Assembly: GCA_022813965.1 (NCBI GenBank)
Contig: JALDZS010000036.1
Span: 1 to 64,000, forward strand
DNA from: Toensbergia leucococca
Taxonomy: Eukaryota
Reading direction: 5' to 3'
Length of the DNA stretch: 64,000 bases
Part shown: positions 39,715 through 53,189 of the stretch, one piece after another
Layout of the letters: every line of letters starts with the position of its first letter
Position numbering within the stretch: the stretch's first letter is position 1
Translations under genes and position numbers: made by a program
The notes under the pieces: generated by a model
What the model was told of the DNA's origin: nothing
The model's database searches: none
The model's input: the letters and a program-made list of their open reading frames with translations, nothing else

Positions 39715-42012
39715 ATGACGTCCAGACGAAAGAGACAACGGGTCTCAATACATGGCGGAGATGTCATTACAGCAATTGATGACGAAGACGCTGACAAAAT
39801 TGATGGGGAGCACATCGCTACTGAACTCAATCCTGCCGACAAGAAACAACAGCGAAGATCGCTATTTGTTCACTCTTTGTCTGCGAACACTACAACAGAG
39901 AGCCTGACACACCATTTCTCACAGGACTACGCTCTCAAGCATGCCACAGTTGTAACAGACCCGGCAACGAAGCAGTCTAAGGGATATGGGTTTGTTACCT
40001 TTGCCGATACCGAGGACGCTCAGAGTGCCAGAGAAGCTTTTGACGGATCGCTTTTTGAGGGTCGCAAGATCAAAGTTGAGCTTGCAGAGCCTCGCCAACG
40101 AGACATTGATGTAGCAGAGCAGAGTGGTCGTAGAAGAAGTCGTCCTTCAGCAGCATTTGCAGATGCAAAGGAGGAACGGAGCCGGCAGAGGTCAGAGGGC
40201 CGGAAGCCCCCAAAGCTCATTGTGAGGAACCTACCATGGACCGTCAAAAAACCTGAGCAGCTGGCGGCAATGTTTATGAGCTATGGAAAGGTCAAACATG
40301 CCACAATTCCTAAAAGTAAACCTGGTCTTCTGCCAGGATTCGGCTTTGTTGTAATGCGAGGGATGAAAAATGCGGGGAAGGCTTTAGAGGGTATGAATGG
40401 GAAAAAGTTGGATGGGCGAACGCTTGCTGTTGATTGGGCAGTGGAGAAAGACATCTGGGAAACGTTACAAAAGTATGATCAAAATAAAAATTTAGATGCC
40501 CGAGAGACAGTGGAGGCCGTTGAGCCGGAGCACTCCGAAAGCGTCAAATCGGAAGACGATGATGCAGCCGTGCTAGATGAAATGTCATCTAGCGATGACG
40601 AATTTGAAGATCTCTCCGACGTTATAGAGAGCCAGAGCTCAGGTGACCATGACGCAAAAGACGGCGTGGCGTTCACAAGGAATGACACATCATCAACTTT
40701 GTTTCTTCGAAATCTACCGTTCACTGCCACGGATGAGACTCTACATGAGCATTTTGCATCTTTTGGTCCCTTACGCTATGCTCGAGTGGTCCTGGACCAA
40801 GTCACCGAACGCCCCAAAGGAACTGGCTTTATTTGTTTTTACAGCCAAGAGGACGCAGATACGTGTCTCCATGATGCCCCTAGGCCACAGGTAGCACCAG
40901 GACACATGAATGGTGGGAAGAAGGGCGCTTCCTCTCTATCGATGAAACAGTCTCTCCTCGAGGATGTTCATGCAGATAGATCGGGCCATTTCACTTTAGA
41001 TGGCCGAGTATTGCAAGTATCTCGAGCTGTGGATCGAAATGAGGCAGCCCGCCTTACAATCTCAAGTAGCTCTGTGCGTAATTTGCGAGACAAGGATAAA
41101 AGACGACTTTATCTGCTCTCTGAGGGTACCATCGCATCGAATGCACCACTCTATGATCAACTTGCGCCAGCGGAATTAAAGATGCGCGAGGATAGCGCAA
41201 AGCAGAGGCAAACCCTTATCAGGACGAATCCTTCGCTTCATCTTAGCTTGACTCGTCTATCGGTAAGGAACATCCATCGCAATGTAACATCCAAGGATCT
41301 CAAGGCGTTGGCGAGGGAGGCTGTGGTTGGGTTTGCCAAGGACGTGAAAGCTGGCCGTCGGCAACAGCTTTCGAGAGAAGAGCTTTCCCGTGGCGGTGAT
41401 ACTGCAAGAGAAGCAGAGAAGAATCGCAAGGCCAAGGGTAAGGGTATTGTTAAACAGGCCAAGATTGTTTTTGAGGGGAGAGAAGGGGGGAAAGTAGTTG
41501 AAGGTAGTGGGGCCGGTCGAAGCAGAGGATATGGATTCATTGAGTATGTCTCACACCGTTGGGCATTGATGGGGCTTCGATGGCTGAACGGACACGTCGT
41601 GGACCATCAAATTGATGATGGAGAAGGAAGACGCCTCTTGATGGCAGACGCGAGAGAGAAAAAGAAGCGTCTCGTTGTGGAGTTTGCCATTGAAAATGCG
41701 CAGGTAGTCGAACGACGGCAGGAGAGGGAACTCAAAGCTCGGGAGAGGTCGAAGTTCATTGTCGAGCAAAGAGAGCAAGGGAAAGCACCAGAAGCTCCCA
41801 AGAAGACTCTTAGTAGAAACGCTCTGCTGGCAAAGACAAGGAAAGGCGGTAAAAGAAAAAGAGAAGATATTGCAACCTCTACTCAAAATGCCACGGACGC
41901 ACAATCGAGCGGCGCTCGCAGAGGCGAGGCAGACAAGCTCGCTAAGCGTCAACAGATCATTGCGAAAAAGAGAATGATACGAAAATCTAGGAGGAAGACT
42001 ATGACTGCATAG
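39715..42012 (+). CDS. NOP4: Nucleolar multi-RRM protein Nop4/RBM28
   Basis: Intronless 765 aa with RNP1 motifs KGYGFVTF, GFGFVVM, KGTGFICF and RGYGFIEY; KDKRRLYLLSEG, NPSLHLSLTRLSVRN and RLVVEFAIENA. Confidence 0.93.
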   Translation: MTSRRKRQRVSIHGGDVITAIDDEDADKIDGEHIATELNPADKKQQRRSLFVHSLSANTTTESLTHHFSQDYALKHATVVTDPATKQSKGYGFVTFADTEDAQSAREAFDGSLFEGRKIKVELAEPRQRDIDVAEQSGRRRSRPSAAFADAKEERSRQRSEGRKPPKLIVRNLPWTVKKPEQLAAMFMSYGKVKHATIPKSKPGLLPGFGFVVMRGMKNAGKALEGMNGKKLDGRTLAVDWAVEKDIWETLQKYDQNKNLDARETVEAVEPEHSESVKSEDDDAAVLDEMSSSDDEFEDLSDVIESQSSGDHDAKDGVAFTRNDTSSTLFLRNLPFTATDETLHEHFASFGPLRYARVVLDQVTERPKGTGFICFYSQEDADTCLHDAPRPQVAPGHMNGGKKGASSLSMKQSLLEDVHADRSGHFTLDGRVLQVSRAVDRNEAARLTISSSSVRNLRDKDKRRLYLLSEGTIASNAPLYDQLAPAELKMREDSAKQRQTLIRTNPSLHLSLTRLSVRNIHRNVTSKDLKALAREAVVGFAKDVKAGRRQQLSREELSRGGDTAREAEKNRKAKGKGIVKQAKIVFEGREGGKVVEGSGAGRSRGYGFIEYVSHRWALMGLRWLNGHVVDHQIDDGEGRRLLMADAREKKKRLVVEFAIENAQVVERRQERELKARERSKFIVEQREQGKAPEAPKKTLSRNALLAKTRKGGKRKREDIATSTQNATDAQSSGARRGEADKLAKRQQIIAKKRMIRKSRRKTMTA

Positions 42013-43024
42013 TGGATCAATTATGGAGTGCTCTGTATCCGTAACACTCAGGAGAGTCTTTGCAATACAAAAGAGAATGAGTACCTTATACCGAGCGTCT
42101 TGATTACGTGACAGTGAAGAAGGAATCAGTGGCACGGTTTGGAAAAGCCACAGGCTCCCACGGCATACAGCACAAACACTTGAACAACATCGTCCCTGGC
42201 TCTGTCATAAATACTCTCATGGATGACTTGAGAGCCGCCTGTTAGTAATTATCTTCAAAGCTTCCTAAAGCAATGTCTTTGGGATGTTGGCGTCCGCAGT
42301 GTATGGTGGCGTATGTGCATTCCTTCCTCTCTCCACTTTCTTCAATTGACGGGTATATGCAGCGAAGAAAGAGGTGACACGGTACTAGTTACTCATTCAC
42401 AGCTGAGTTGACAAGTTAACCAGGTCTACGGCTTGTTACACAGACTTATCATTGTTACAAGACCATGGCGCTCCTTGTGATGCCTCAACAACACGCCATG
42501 TGTGGACACATTCTCTTCTCTCAACGTTTTGCTGCTGTCTGCTTTTTTCAACGGGAAACGCCATGCGTGCGTCACTGCATGCCTCAAGAGTGTCCGTCTC
42601 CATCCCGGGGAGCCTCTGCTCAACCACACATTGAAAAGGCGCCCGAAAGAGACAGTTGCAGAAGAGATCTCGAGAGACGTACTCATCATCTCTTGGGGTC
42701 CATCAATGGCAAGAATACATATATGGCACATCCCCTGAGATACGTTGTTGGAGCCAGGAAACAGGGTTCAGTCTTGCTCTTCATATCTGGCAAGAACGTT
42801 GCCATCCATGATTTTGCTATTGAGGAATCCATACGAGCATCATCCAAGCACCCTAGGGTCCGCCATCGCCTGTTTAATGCGGATAAGGGTACGTTTTCGC
42901 TCAACATAGCTCGAGCTTCATCTTAATCCTTGATAGGCTCCGTACACTGGATCTCACTTCGGTGCTTCTTCGGCATCACGCTCTCCGCCGTCGATATACG
43001 ATCCGAGATCGAGAAGCGCCAGTC

Positions 43025-43219
43025 ATGTGTTACTTCGAGCTCATCACTTATCGCTGCAAGCACAGAATCCACCGCCGCTTTTCGTATTGTCATTCGGCTC
43101 GGAGCGATCCATTTCACACCTGTGTTGGAGTCAGGGTCATGAAGCGGGAATGGACCAACGAGACAGAGGACTGTGAAGCCTGTCGCAAAGGCAAAAAAGG
43201 ACAGCGACAGCAGCAATAG
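43025..43219 (+). CDS. Small (64 aa) Cys/His-rich protein of unknown function
   Basis: MCYFELITYRCKH...YCHSARSDPFHTCVGVRV...W.....CEAC fits the recalled MC-x8-C-x-H...CxxC pattern of small ascomycete proteins. Confidence 0.6.
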   Translation: MCYFELITYRCKHRIHRRFSYCHSARSDPFHTCVGVRVMKREWTNETEDCEACRKGKKGQRQQQ

Positions 43220-44000
43220 CGCTATGGCAGGCTATTCTGTTGCACATGTGACCTCCTCGGAAGGTATCACATAAAAATAGGGGTCGAAAGAATGGTGTAA
43301 TTTTTCAAACGATGGAATTGTCAAGTTATTTTTGAGTCTCTGACGGGTACTTTCGTTCCTTGGGCACTTCCAAAAAAAACGGGCATGCACTTCCAATCTC
43401 GGATTTTACGTTTTTGCTGTAGCGCGGTCTCGGAGCTATTCACCACCAGTTTCATACCCGCTTTACACGTTTATCAGGTCTTCAACAGACTCCAATAAAC
43501 ATGTAAGACCCACCATCTTAGACATGATCCAATGTCAGCGATCTCCCGAAGTTCACTTTTCAAAAAAGAACCCCATCAGGGGACGTGCAGACACGGAGCT
43601 TCTACCAACAGTACTCTTATCGTAGTTTCTTACAACATCTCCCATATTAGACACAACGGCTCGCTTGTACTACGGAACAATGCATCGTCAAGGCACGCTG
43701 ATCGATCTTTTTCTGTAACGATCCGACGAGGAGTACATACCGATACGTATCAAATTCCCCGTCGATCCGGGGCGACGCATCCGGAGAGGTAGGCTATCTC
43801 GGACATCGATGTGTGGGAGAGATCCTTCTGGCCAGTCATGTCTTGGAACAACTCATTCTGCGGCTGGATTCATGGACGGTAGCCGCGTATCATTTGATGT
43901 AGGATATCACAGCATGCATTGGCAACATGAATATTTTTTTATGTTGGGAAGCGGTTATTGCTCGGGTTGTGAATGGCTACCAAATTTCTTTCCCCAAAGA

Positions 44001-44488
44001 CTAAGCCTGTACTTTGCCGACGATATTATAGCGCTTACTAAAGAAGGTAAACCACTCGTCGAGTACCGTCTGCTCTTTTTCCCCTAGATCTTCATAATCG
44101 GGCGTGCAATCTTCGATTTTCAGTGAAGACTGTGCAAGTGCACGTGAGGCGTCTTTGCCAGCAAAGACTAGGCCGTATCAGGGAAATGTGATATGGAAGG
44201 AGTAAAGGCAGCTGGTACCATGGTATGCCCCCGAAGGGGCATATGCAGCATTGCCTGAAACGTCAAAAACGGTGCGTTTGATAGCTACGTAGGTAGGGTG
44301 TCCTGTGGTCTCTCCTGCACAAGGCATGCAGTGTCAGCTAGGCAGGCTGTCGCAGGACTGAATGGACGGGTACCATTGCATTTGGATAAGTCGGCGAAGC
44401 TAATGGGGTCGGACTTGGGAGGGTCCAGCTCAGGTGGATTCTTGGGGGTGAAGGCCTTGGGCTCGCGAGACTGGGTTGAAGTACTCAT
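44001..44488 (-). CDS. Cytochrome b5-like heme/steroid-binding (MAPR/Dap1-family) protein without an N-terminal TM helix, 3 exons
   Basis: Spliced reading FTPKNPPELDPPKSDPISFADLSKCNG|ETTGHPTYVAIKRTVFDVSGNAAYAPSGAYH|VFAGKDASRALAQSSLK...VLDEWFTFFSKRYNIVGKVQA*. Confidence 0.9.
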
Positions 44489-47219
44489 TGGCAGTGATTA
44501 TTGGAGGGGTGGTGCAATTTGATGTTGGAGATGGTGGCTGCGTGTGATGTGATGTCTTCTCCCACGTTTTGCGTCTCAAATAAATAAATAGTGGGGCACC
44601 AAATGGCCGAGCACAAACGAAATGACAAGTGGGATTTCACAAGTTGCATGGCGGCCACCTCGGTATTCTACGAAGCCTCGACCAATCATCCGCTTGCCTC
44701 CAAGAAGCTAAGAAGCTAAGAAGCTGTGCTTTGATTAGTTCCATTTCCAATGTTTCTAGAAGCTCGACAGCTGCCTGGACTGACGCGTGCGAGTCCCACG
44801 GCGCTGGCTCGCTGCTTTGGCTGCAGAGCTAGATGCTTTGCGAACGTGCTCCTTCCCGGCATCTTCGAGTATCACGGAGAGAATGCTGATTACTGATTAT
44901 TGATCATCTATGTGCTACGTGGAAACAAACCAAGGCTTCCATGCATCGGCTGGCAAGCTTCAAACATGATCCCCACCCTCCCACAGCTACGATAGAGTTT
45001 GCATCAGCTGCCCTCTAAGGTCCCATGTGTTACATCATCCGGCATGAATCGCGTCCCACCTGCCACGCCTTTGCATTCCTGTTACAGAAATTGCTTGACG
45101 AGCCTCCGAGCCTGAGCCCTTGTACACCATGGCAGCCTATCCCACCACCCCTAATCTAGGCCAACGCCATACGGCTACCAACGGGCCTAAGGATCGAGTC
45201 CAAGGACCAAGACTTGTCCCCGTTGAGTACACTTAGAATGAAGAGCCGCCAGTGTGGTAGTATGGTCTCCTTCCAAGCCGATGATTCGAATAGTCTCTAA
45301 TAGTGCGGCAAGAGGTCTCAGGAAAGACTTTCTGTGATTCATTTGAAAACTCTTCATCATATTTGTTTACCCTTGTCACACGTGAGTCTTGTTTCTATCG
45401 CTACTTATCTATATCTTCGAGACATCTACTCACCACCTGATTTACAATCAATTAGTATCCTCAGCAGGTCTGCCCTCGGAAGCTTTTTCACCCCTCAAAC
45501 ATGAAAGAAGTCTTCTATGAGTTTCAAGGCCCCTTACCCTTGATCTCTGTGCAACCAATCTCTCTTCTGACCTGAACTGACCATGTTCAGGCAGTGCTGC
45601 TTGAGCACTGAGCTTTTGACACCTCTCTTGTTGAAATTTAGCAACTTTGAGGTGCTTGACCGCGGAGGCGCAGCGGACAGACGAACAAGATTTGGTTCAG
45701 CCATCTGAAAAGATCTTTTAAGCAGTTGAAAAACGTGGGAGATTACCCTTCTTATCCTGGCCGGAAGTCATCCATTCAAGCATGACTGAGAGATAAACCA
45801 TATAAATGTGACTGGTAATTTTGTGCCATTGTCGAGCTTAAGTTGGAAGGGTTTTCTGGGTGTCAAATCATCAATAAGGCAGCCATAGATGGTGCAAAAT
45901 TGTCTGTGGAATGGGCCATTTTGCGAATTCGCCGGCTTTCTACGGAACACCTACTCGTACACACTTTGCAAGCTCTTCAACATCATGGCCACCTTATCTG
46001 ACCTTGAAAGTTAGATAAGCTCACTGTGTGGGACCAAAAAGCTACAGGATCACTGATATGAGCACTAGTCTTGCTCTCAATTCCTCCATATGATGAGATC
46101 GCGCTCCAAATCCTCCCTCAGTCTACCCTGTGACTGTTTTCTGGCTCACTTCTGTGACATCATCAATCACTACATCTTCATCAAGCTCCGTTGCTGTGTC
46201 ATTGGCCTCAATGGAGCAAGAGACTTCTTAGCGCTAGGCAATTTGTAGAAAGGTTTGTTTTTTCGCTGACTTGTGCTCTTGATCATACAAACCTGTTATT
46301 AGAATGGCTCAACCTAAGACAGCGAAGAAAGTGTTGATGAGCATATAAGAAATATCTACGAAGCACGGATGAGGATGAGTTGCCCTCAGTGGTACTGGCA
46401 TGGAGGAGCAGCATGCCTTGCGAAAACTATCTACCTTGCTTGATGCAACTTCTTGGTTATTTTGGAGCTGTAGCATCTCGTTCTATCGTTGCATCACGTT
46501 TATTCAATTCGGAACCTCTCTTATTGTTTCCAGTTGATCAAAAATGCATTTCGTCTCTAAGAATTCTCAAAATAGTAGGTTTCTAAAATGTTATGGCTTT
46601 CCTGTAGAATATGTCACTTGATAGGTCTACTTTGTGAGCCGCCCCCAACTCTTTCTCCTCCATGTTCTTCGGATTCCACCGCCCGCATTAGACTGGAGCG
46701 TTAAAACTTCCGCGTAGTTTTCCTTGATGTTTCTGATGTTTCTTCGACTGGAAAGTAAGTAGCGAATTAACAGACTGGAATAGGCTTTCATGTATCTACA
46801 TCTTCACCATTGACAGCCGCAGATGGAACTACGATATATTGACCCGCCTTAGATCTATTTGACAAAGATTGTACGAGTATTTAGATTTTAGAATGGTCCA
46901 AAACCGTCGACGAGGACTCAGGCTCAACAGATTCTAAAGAGTCAGCCTTATTCTAAGTATTCCAGTCACAGTGTCTCGTTCCTTTGTAGATAAATACGAT
47001 ACGTTGTTGCTATTTGTGGTGATTAAGGTAAGTAGGTCTAAATAACGTCCAAGTTGAAATACGACTATTCTTCAATTTCGAACCTTGGCCACCGTAGCAG
47101 ACTACCACTTTCCAATACCGGTCCTCAACATCTTGTCATCCACCCATAGACCGGCACCATGCCTCTCATGAAGTAGCAGTATATATCCTTTCGCCACAAA
47201 ACCACGTACAAATCCAGCC

Positions 47220-47765
47220 ATGTCACGCTTTTTCACCATACTCGGAGCTCTCCTCCTCTCCCATGCGTAAGCATTCTTGCACCCTCGTGTCAACCCACCC
47301 ACTGATTTCGCTCAGCTGCTATTCCGCGCACGAGTTCTCCTCCCTCAACAGCAACTCTCTCGACGCATCAATCGGTAAAAGCACCTCGATCGCAGCCAGC
47401 CTGCCCCTTGACATCTCGCTCGAAACTATCGCGTCTGTGCTCATCATATGTGTGGGTCTGGTGCTGGGAGCGGAAAAATTCAAACCCATTAGCTGGAGGG
47501 TGTGGGCAGGGGGTATAGAAAGCGATCAGGGAGGGGCAGGGCCATTCGAGGGGTTGGAGAGCAGGGTGGGCTTTTTGGATATTAGGGTAGGTCTTTTTGG
47601 TTTGTTCAGGGGCTTTTGTGATCTGTAAGAATAACATCGTTGCCTCCCGGCGACGAACACCCATTTCAAGAAGGTCGTAGACTGACGCTTTCGGACTTTG
47701 TGTAGGCTAAGAGAAAGGAGTTTGCGGACTGGGTCCGAGAGGGCGACGAGGGGTCAAAGAAGTGA
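47220..47765 (+). CDS. EMC5: ER membrane complex subunit 5 / MMgT family, 3 exons
   Basis: MSRFFTILGALLLSHA|CYSAHE...LPLDISLET...FKPISW...LESRVGFLDIR|AKRKEFADW. Confidence 0.88.
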
Positions 47766-49706
47766 TTTGCCTTCGCAAGATCTGGTCTCAGGTAAAAGGA
47801 CACTCTAAGCTGTTGTTAGTTTCGAATCCGAAAGTCCGCGAATTTCAACATAGTGTATTCGCTGCTCAAATTAAAAATTCAAGATACCCCATGTCACGAT
47901 TCTAGTTCTAGACCTCGCTTCTGTTGTATTAGAGGCTGTATAAATGAATACTGGATTGCAATTTCTTCCCGCAGTAGTCAAGATGATACTGGCAATGCTC
48001 TGCACAGCGTATCTGGTCGTTTATGCCACCCTCTTTTACAATCACACATTTCTCAAGAAAGCAAAGCATCTAGATTTCGCTCTATGATCTCTTATCTTCA
48101 CTGTGGAGCCGGATATACGAGAAAGGTAAGCTCGGGCACCAGGCTGTAAGGAACGCCGCAGTAAGCCGACGCTCTCCTTGCTTCTCTCTCCTGATCGATC
48201 AATCTTTCGCTCCTTTTCATTCCGCCTTCCATCTCAACTAAGTCTTTCAGAATTTGTCTTGTTCTCCTAATAGCGTTCGAGTCAATGAGTATAAACGCAA
48301 AATTGATGCCATCAACGAACAGATGACACATGTCAATCCTAGCTTTTTGGTAAGCAGCTTAAGCGTATCAGCTCACGCAACGCATCGAAACCAGAATGCA
48401 GACCAAGGCAATTATCAAGACAAAGGCTTCGAAAAAAGTTCAGAGCGAGTCAATGCTTGTAGCAGGTTTGACAGAAAGCCGGGTAGATGGTGTCAGGAAG
48501 CCCGAACATGGCCATCACTTGGTGAGAGCCGAAGTTGTCGCCCATCTGTGCTTCTTGACAAATTTTAGCTTTAACCGTTAAAGGGGAAAATGACATGTGC
48601 ACATCGAACACCAGGGCAAGCTAGTTACATGACGACTAGACTAATTAGCCACTCTTGTGGTAACAACTAACAGTACGAGAGATCTTATAGGGTTTGGTCT
48701 AATGAATGGGACGAAGGAGCCTGCTATTCGCGCCTACGTGGTAATTGAAGAAGTGACGTTAGGGGGGAATCGATCGTTATCCTACAACCGTGCATACGTT
48801 GTTTGAATTGGACCTGCGAAGTCTAGTACTCGAGGGAAAACAGAATTTTTCCACTTGCAGAACTATGCCTGCTAAAGAGATCCATTCATCCTTTGAGACA
48901 CTTGACTGGATCCGGCATACTGAATTCCAAAAACAAACTTCAAATCTGTGCTGTTTGAATTCGTCCGGAAGAAGTCGAGAGAAAAGAATCGAGCACCATT
49001 TTCAAAGTGAGTCAAGGCGAACGTAGACCTTGGGGGATAATGAAGTAGCTTTGCGGCAGCGCACATAATTAGAAGGGTATGTGGAGGTTTGTTGTACCCG
49101 GCGTCTCACATGAGAAGATGGAACGCATGCGGATAGAACAATGGACAAATGGACTTTGGGGGCGAATATATTCGTGGATATGTTGTAGTAGAATTTCATT
49201 CATTGTGATATATTCCTGTCAATAGATCCAACTCTTTTCACGCAAATTAGTCAAGTCCAGCTTCTTTGAATGGTACATGTAACAATCCTAGCATGCACGT
49301 AGATGCCGCTCTCCAATGGAAACCAAGTGCCCATAAGAAATGCCCAAGTATTCGACATTCGAGACTCTTGCCAGGAGAGCGGAGCCGAGACTTTTTTTCT
49401 TGTGCCGGCCACAGCCTCGGCGGTCACGCGATGGAAAGGATTTGGGCAGCTATGGTTCGGGGCTTGTGTTATCTTTGGCTGGTTCAACAGAAATAGATTT
49501 GAAAGACATACTGTACCATGTACCAGTATCTCGCTGGCATACACTGTGGGAGCTCGGTCCGTGCCAGCCCTTTTCTCACCGATAGACACCTACCAAGGGG
49601 AAAGATTCGGATCTGGGGAGCATTCACAACCCAGGAAACCTCAGAATCCACCTTCTTCCAATCATGGTTTTCTGGATCATTTCAGCACCGATTCTTCCAT
49701 CTTATC

Positions 49707-50084
49707 TCACACATGCTTCACTCCCCCTATAACATTTCCCCTAACTTGTGCCCAGTCGATCGTCGCGTCCAATTCTTCGTCAACGAGCCCGATAACAGCA
49801 ACATTCTCGCCTCTTATAAGATAAAGACCATGTGTTACCTCGACGCTTGGTTCGGGATCGTCTGGAGGTCGGATAACGCGTTCTATGGTCTGGCCGAGAA
49901 CGAGATTGGTGAGCTGATCACAAGATAAGAGGACGCCGGTCAAAGTTCGACCATCTGCAGTAAGAACAAGGACCTTTTCTATTATGGAAGTAATGCTCTC
50001 AGCAATGTCTCATAGAGGGTTGAAAGGTGGGGAGAGCTTGTGGAAAGGGGGGCTCTCACTGTTGACGTATGGCTGGAGTGACAT
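49707..50084 (-). CDS. LSM8: U6 snRNA-associated Sm-like protein Lsm8
   Basis: MSLQPYVN|KKVLVLTADGRTLTGVLLSCDQLTNLVL...GLYLIRGENVAVIGLVDEELDATIDW. Confidence 0.93.
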
Positions 50085-50981
50085 CTCTATCACTGACACG
50101 AAAGCCTTTGAAGGAGAAAGGCTGTCTGGCTCCGGTGAAACGGCGAAGACTGGTTTGCTTTGCCAAACAAAGAAGGGGTGCTTGTAATTTTGATTCTCCG
50201 ATCTGGAGGTGCGACTTTGCAAGGTGAATTCCATCGACGAGAAAGATATATAATACATCAGGCTAGCGTAGTACAGGCGATTGCAGATGTCTCAGCCGCT
50301 TCACCTAATTTTCGATTTCACCACAGTACTTAGGGGCCTATAGGTTGTGGGAAGCAACATATGACTCGTAACTCAGTGCAGTTATGTCCGCCGGCTAGGT
50401 TCTGACAAGCCTCAGTTAACGATGCAGCATTTTACCATTTTTCTATCTATTCACTATTCTCTCCCCAGCCAAGACAGTTACTTTCTATTGATGCCTGAGG
50501 TTCAAGTGATTTCAAGATTAACCCAGGAATAATAGTTTTAACTCCAACCCATGAAAGACTGCATGTCAACCAATTTTTTAAGTGTTTGTGACCATTGAGA
50601 AAAGATACAGATATCCTGTATTGTTTTGACAACCACACCATCCCACAGTGCATGTACCACCATTGAAATGAGGAAGCGCCCCCTGGATATAATTTTGATG
50701 ATTGATCGGTTCATGATATCTCAGGATTTGTGGTATAGCAGAGACGTGGATGGGAAAGAATATTCTAGTGGCAATGATGACAATGAAAATGGTAGAGACG
50801 CTTCAGATACCAATACAAGTACAAAGAAAGAAAAGGGGAGTTTTCAGAGGGCCAATGCACACCAAGGTAATAAGATCAATGTTCAAGATGTTGCTGCTGC
50901 GATGCGTTGGATCGAAATCTCTGGTAGATAATGCAAGTATCCTTACGCCGAGAAGAGACATGTTTGCAACGCTCCAAGTTG

Positions 50982-52276
50982 CTACCGTCCGTAAGGTCCA
51001 GTCATTTTTGAAGCCCCGGACACTGCCCCCTTTGCCATGTTCAAAGCTGAATGGACATAGGAGCCTTTGGCGCTTGCCAATGAAGAACCAAGGTGCGATG
51101 ATAAAGCAACAATGTCCCCAACGACCGATATCTGGAGCAGTCTATGTTAGAGGCGACTTAAAGCCGGGGGGCCAAGAAGTACCATATGAAAACCTTGATC
51201 TGCGTATTGTCTAGCTTGATCGCCAGAAGTGCAATATATCCCGGTTCTTTTGCCATTCTCCTTGGCTACTTGCAGTACTTTGGCAATAGCCTCCTTCAAT
51301 TCTTCATGCATAGTACCATCGAGAATTGGGAATCCGAGATTATTACCTAGGTCGTATGGTCCGACAAAGAGGACATCAATTCCCGGCACATTTACTATTT
51401 CATTGATCTGTTCAACCTTGGTGTCAACTATCTCATATATGGTTGAAGCGTGTAGAGAAGAGCTTACATTCTCTAGTGCTTCCTTCGTCTCGATTTGCAC
51501 AATCGTCACCAGGCTGTCGTTTGCTTGCTGCAAGTACTCGGCAGCTGTTTGCCCCGAAAATTTCTCCATTGGAAAAGGCGAGCCAAATCCTCTCTGACCC
51601 ATGGGAGGGAACTTGGCGAACTGGACAAGCCTCTTCGCGTCATCGGCAGTATACAGGAGGGGCACAATGATACCGCTAGAATGCTTAGCATAAGAGACCA
51701 GACGACCCATGGACTGAGGTGGAGACGAAGTGAGTAAATAGAGGCACACCAGTGTTCAAATGACAAGGGCTTACTAGGCAGTAGTTGAACAAGTACTGTA
51801 CTTACTGGGCACCAGCATCGAGAGCACCTGAGTATCACGGTCCCATTAGCGAGGAAGGAAGGAAGACTTTCGATGGTGATGACCCACGCTTGACCATCCA
51901 ACCTTCATTGGCCGCTATCCTGACAAGAGGGCTCACGCCACAAGCAGCAATTGCAGCTACCGCCTCATGCATTGCTGCGTCTACAGGACGTGACGGCAAG
52001 TCAGCCTGCGTTCGAATACAGCCATTTGAAGACACACTGGACAGGCATTGGTTGCAATACCATCAATATTGCCATGCTCAGTATCCACAAGCTGCCAGTC
52101 GAACCCAGTACGTGCTATTGTTCTAGCAAGATTAGACCCTGGCAACATCTGGGAGGCTGTTATTACGCCTCAATTGCGACATAGCCATAATAAAGCTCGA
52201 TGCTTACCTGCCATGCACCGAATGTTAGACCTGAACCAGTCCGGAGGGCTTTCTGAAGTCTGTTTGCTGCTTGCAT
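50982..52276 (-). CDS. HpcH/HpaI aldolase family protein, multi-exon
   Basis: FGAWQ|MLPG, GFDWQLVDTEHGNID, SPLVRI, KFPPMGQRGFGSPF, IVQIETKEALEN and GIDVLFVGPYDL. The start codon could lie further upstream. Confidence 0.9.
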
Positions 52277-52737
52277 GTTGATGCTTGGTCCTTGATTGAG
52301 TCTCGTGACCTGAGAGCAGCTAAATTGTACGAGTACTCGTATGAGTAGTATTTGAGCTCACTTCCTTGGCAGTAAAAAATGTTACAGACTTTTGAAGGAT
52401 GCAGCATGCAGGCCAATTTTTGGTGGGGTAAATGCAGTACCCCGCGGCAGGAACAAAGCCTAACGACGATCCCTATCTGCCTGCTTCACTCTTCTCGTTT
52501 CACCATCATTGGCTTTGATCATTGGCCTCGCATTCTTATCCACTGCTCAATTTCCCTCTGCGGATGTCGGTCGGGTAGATGAAGGCCACTCCGAGGGAGT
52601 CTCGGAGTCTCAGAAAGGATGGAAATCAAAGATACGATACGTTCTTGTGTTTCGAGTCGAAAGAATCTCAAAAACACCACGGGAAAACAGCATGCTTTCT
52701 TGGTGCACAGAAGTAATCCTCTTCAATTAAACTAGTG

Positions 52738-53121
52738 CTATGAATGGCCCTCAGCTTCATCGATAAGAGCCTCAACCTGCTGCTCGGTGAAACGATGCAT
52801 CAGCTTGCGAGCTTCGGTAGCAATATCAGGCTTGGAGTATGTATGATAGACTCGCTGGACGTGGGCCTGTTCGTTGTTGACCGTCAGCGTAGATGATGTT
52901 CACCGAACCTTGAATCTTCCTACCACAGGCGTGTCAAACTCGTAGACATCTTTCCATTGTTTTTGATCTGACGCCATAACATCCACCTCATTATACTCGA
53001 AGCTCCTTCTCTTCTCCAAATTCAGGAGCACTGACTTTGCAGATTCACAAAGAGAACAGTTGGACCGCGTAAAGAGCGTGATTCGAGCGGTATGTTGTAA
53101 GAGGCGGGTTGTCTGCCGCAT
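52738..53121 (-). CDS. Glutaredoxin-like protein (DUF836/YDR286C-like), 2 exons
   Basis: MRQTTRLLQHTARITLFTRSNCSLCESAK...WKDVYEFDTPV|AHV...KLMHRFTEQQV; CxxC motif and cis-Pro region. Confidence 0.88.
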
Positions 53122-53189
53122 TCTCCCATACAATCTGTTCGAGAGGGTTGGAAATTTGGGAATTTGGGTGCAGATAAGATTTTGGTACT

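Noticed and set aside
44600..47100. Hidden gene or RNA in the long intergenic region
   Set aside because: No tRNA, 5S, snRNA or protein motif was recognised; only a short (AAGAAGCT)x3 repeat at ~44702.
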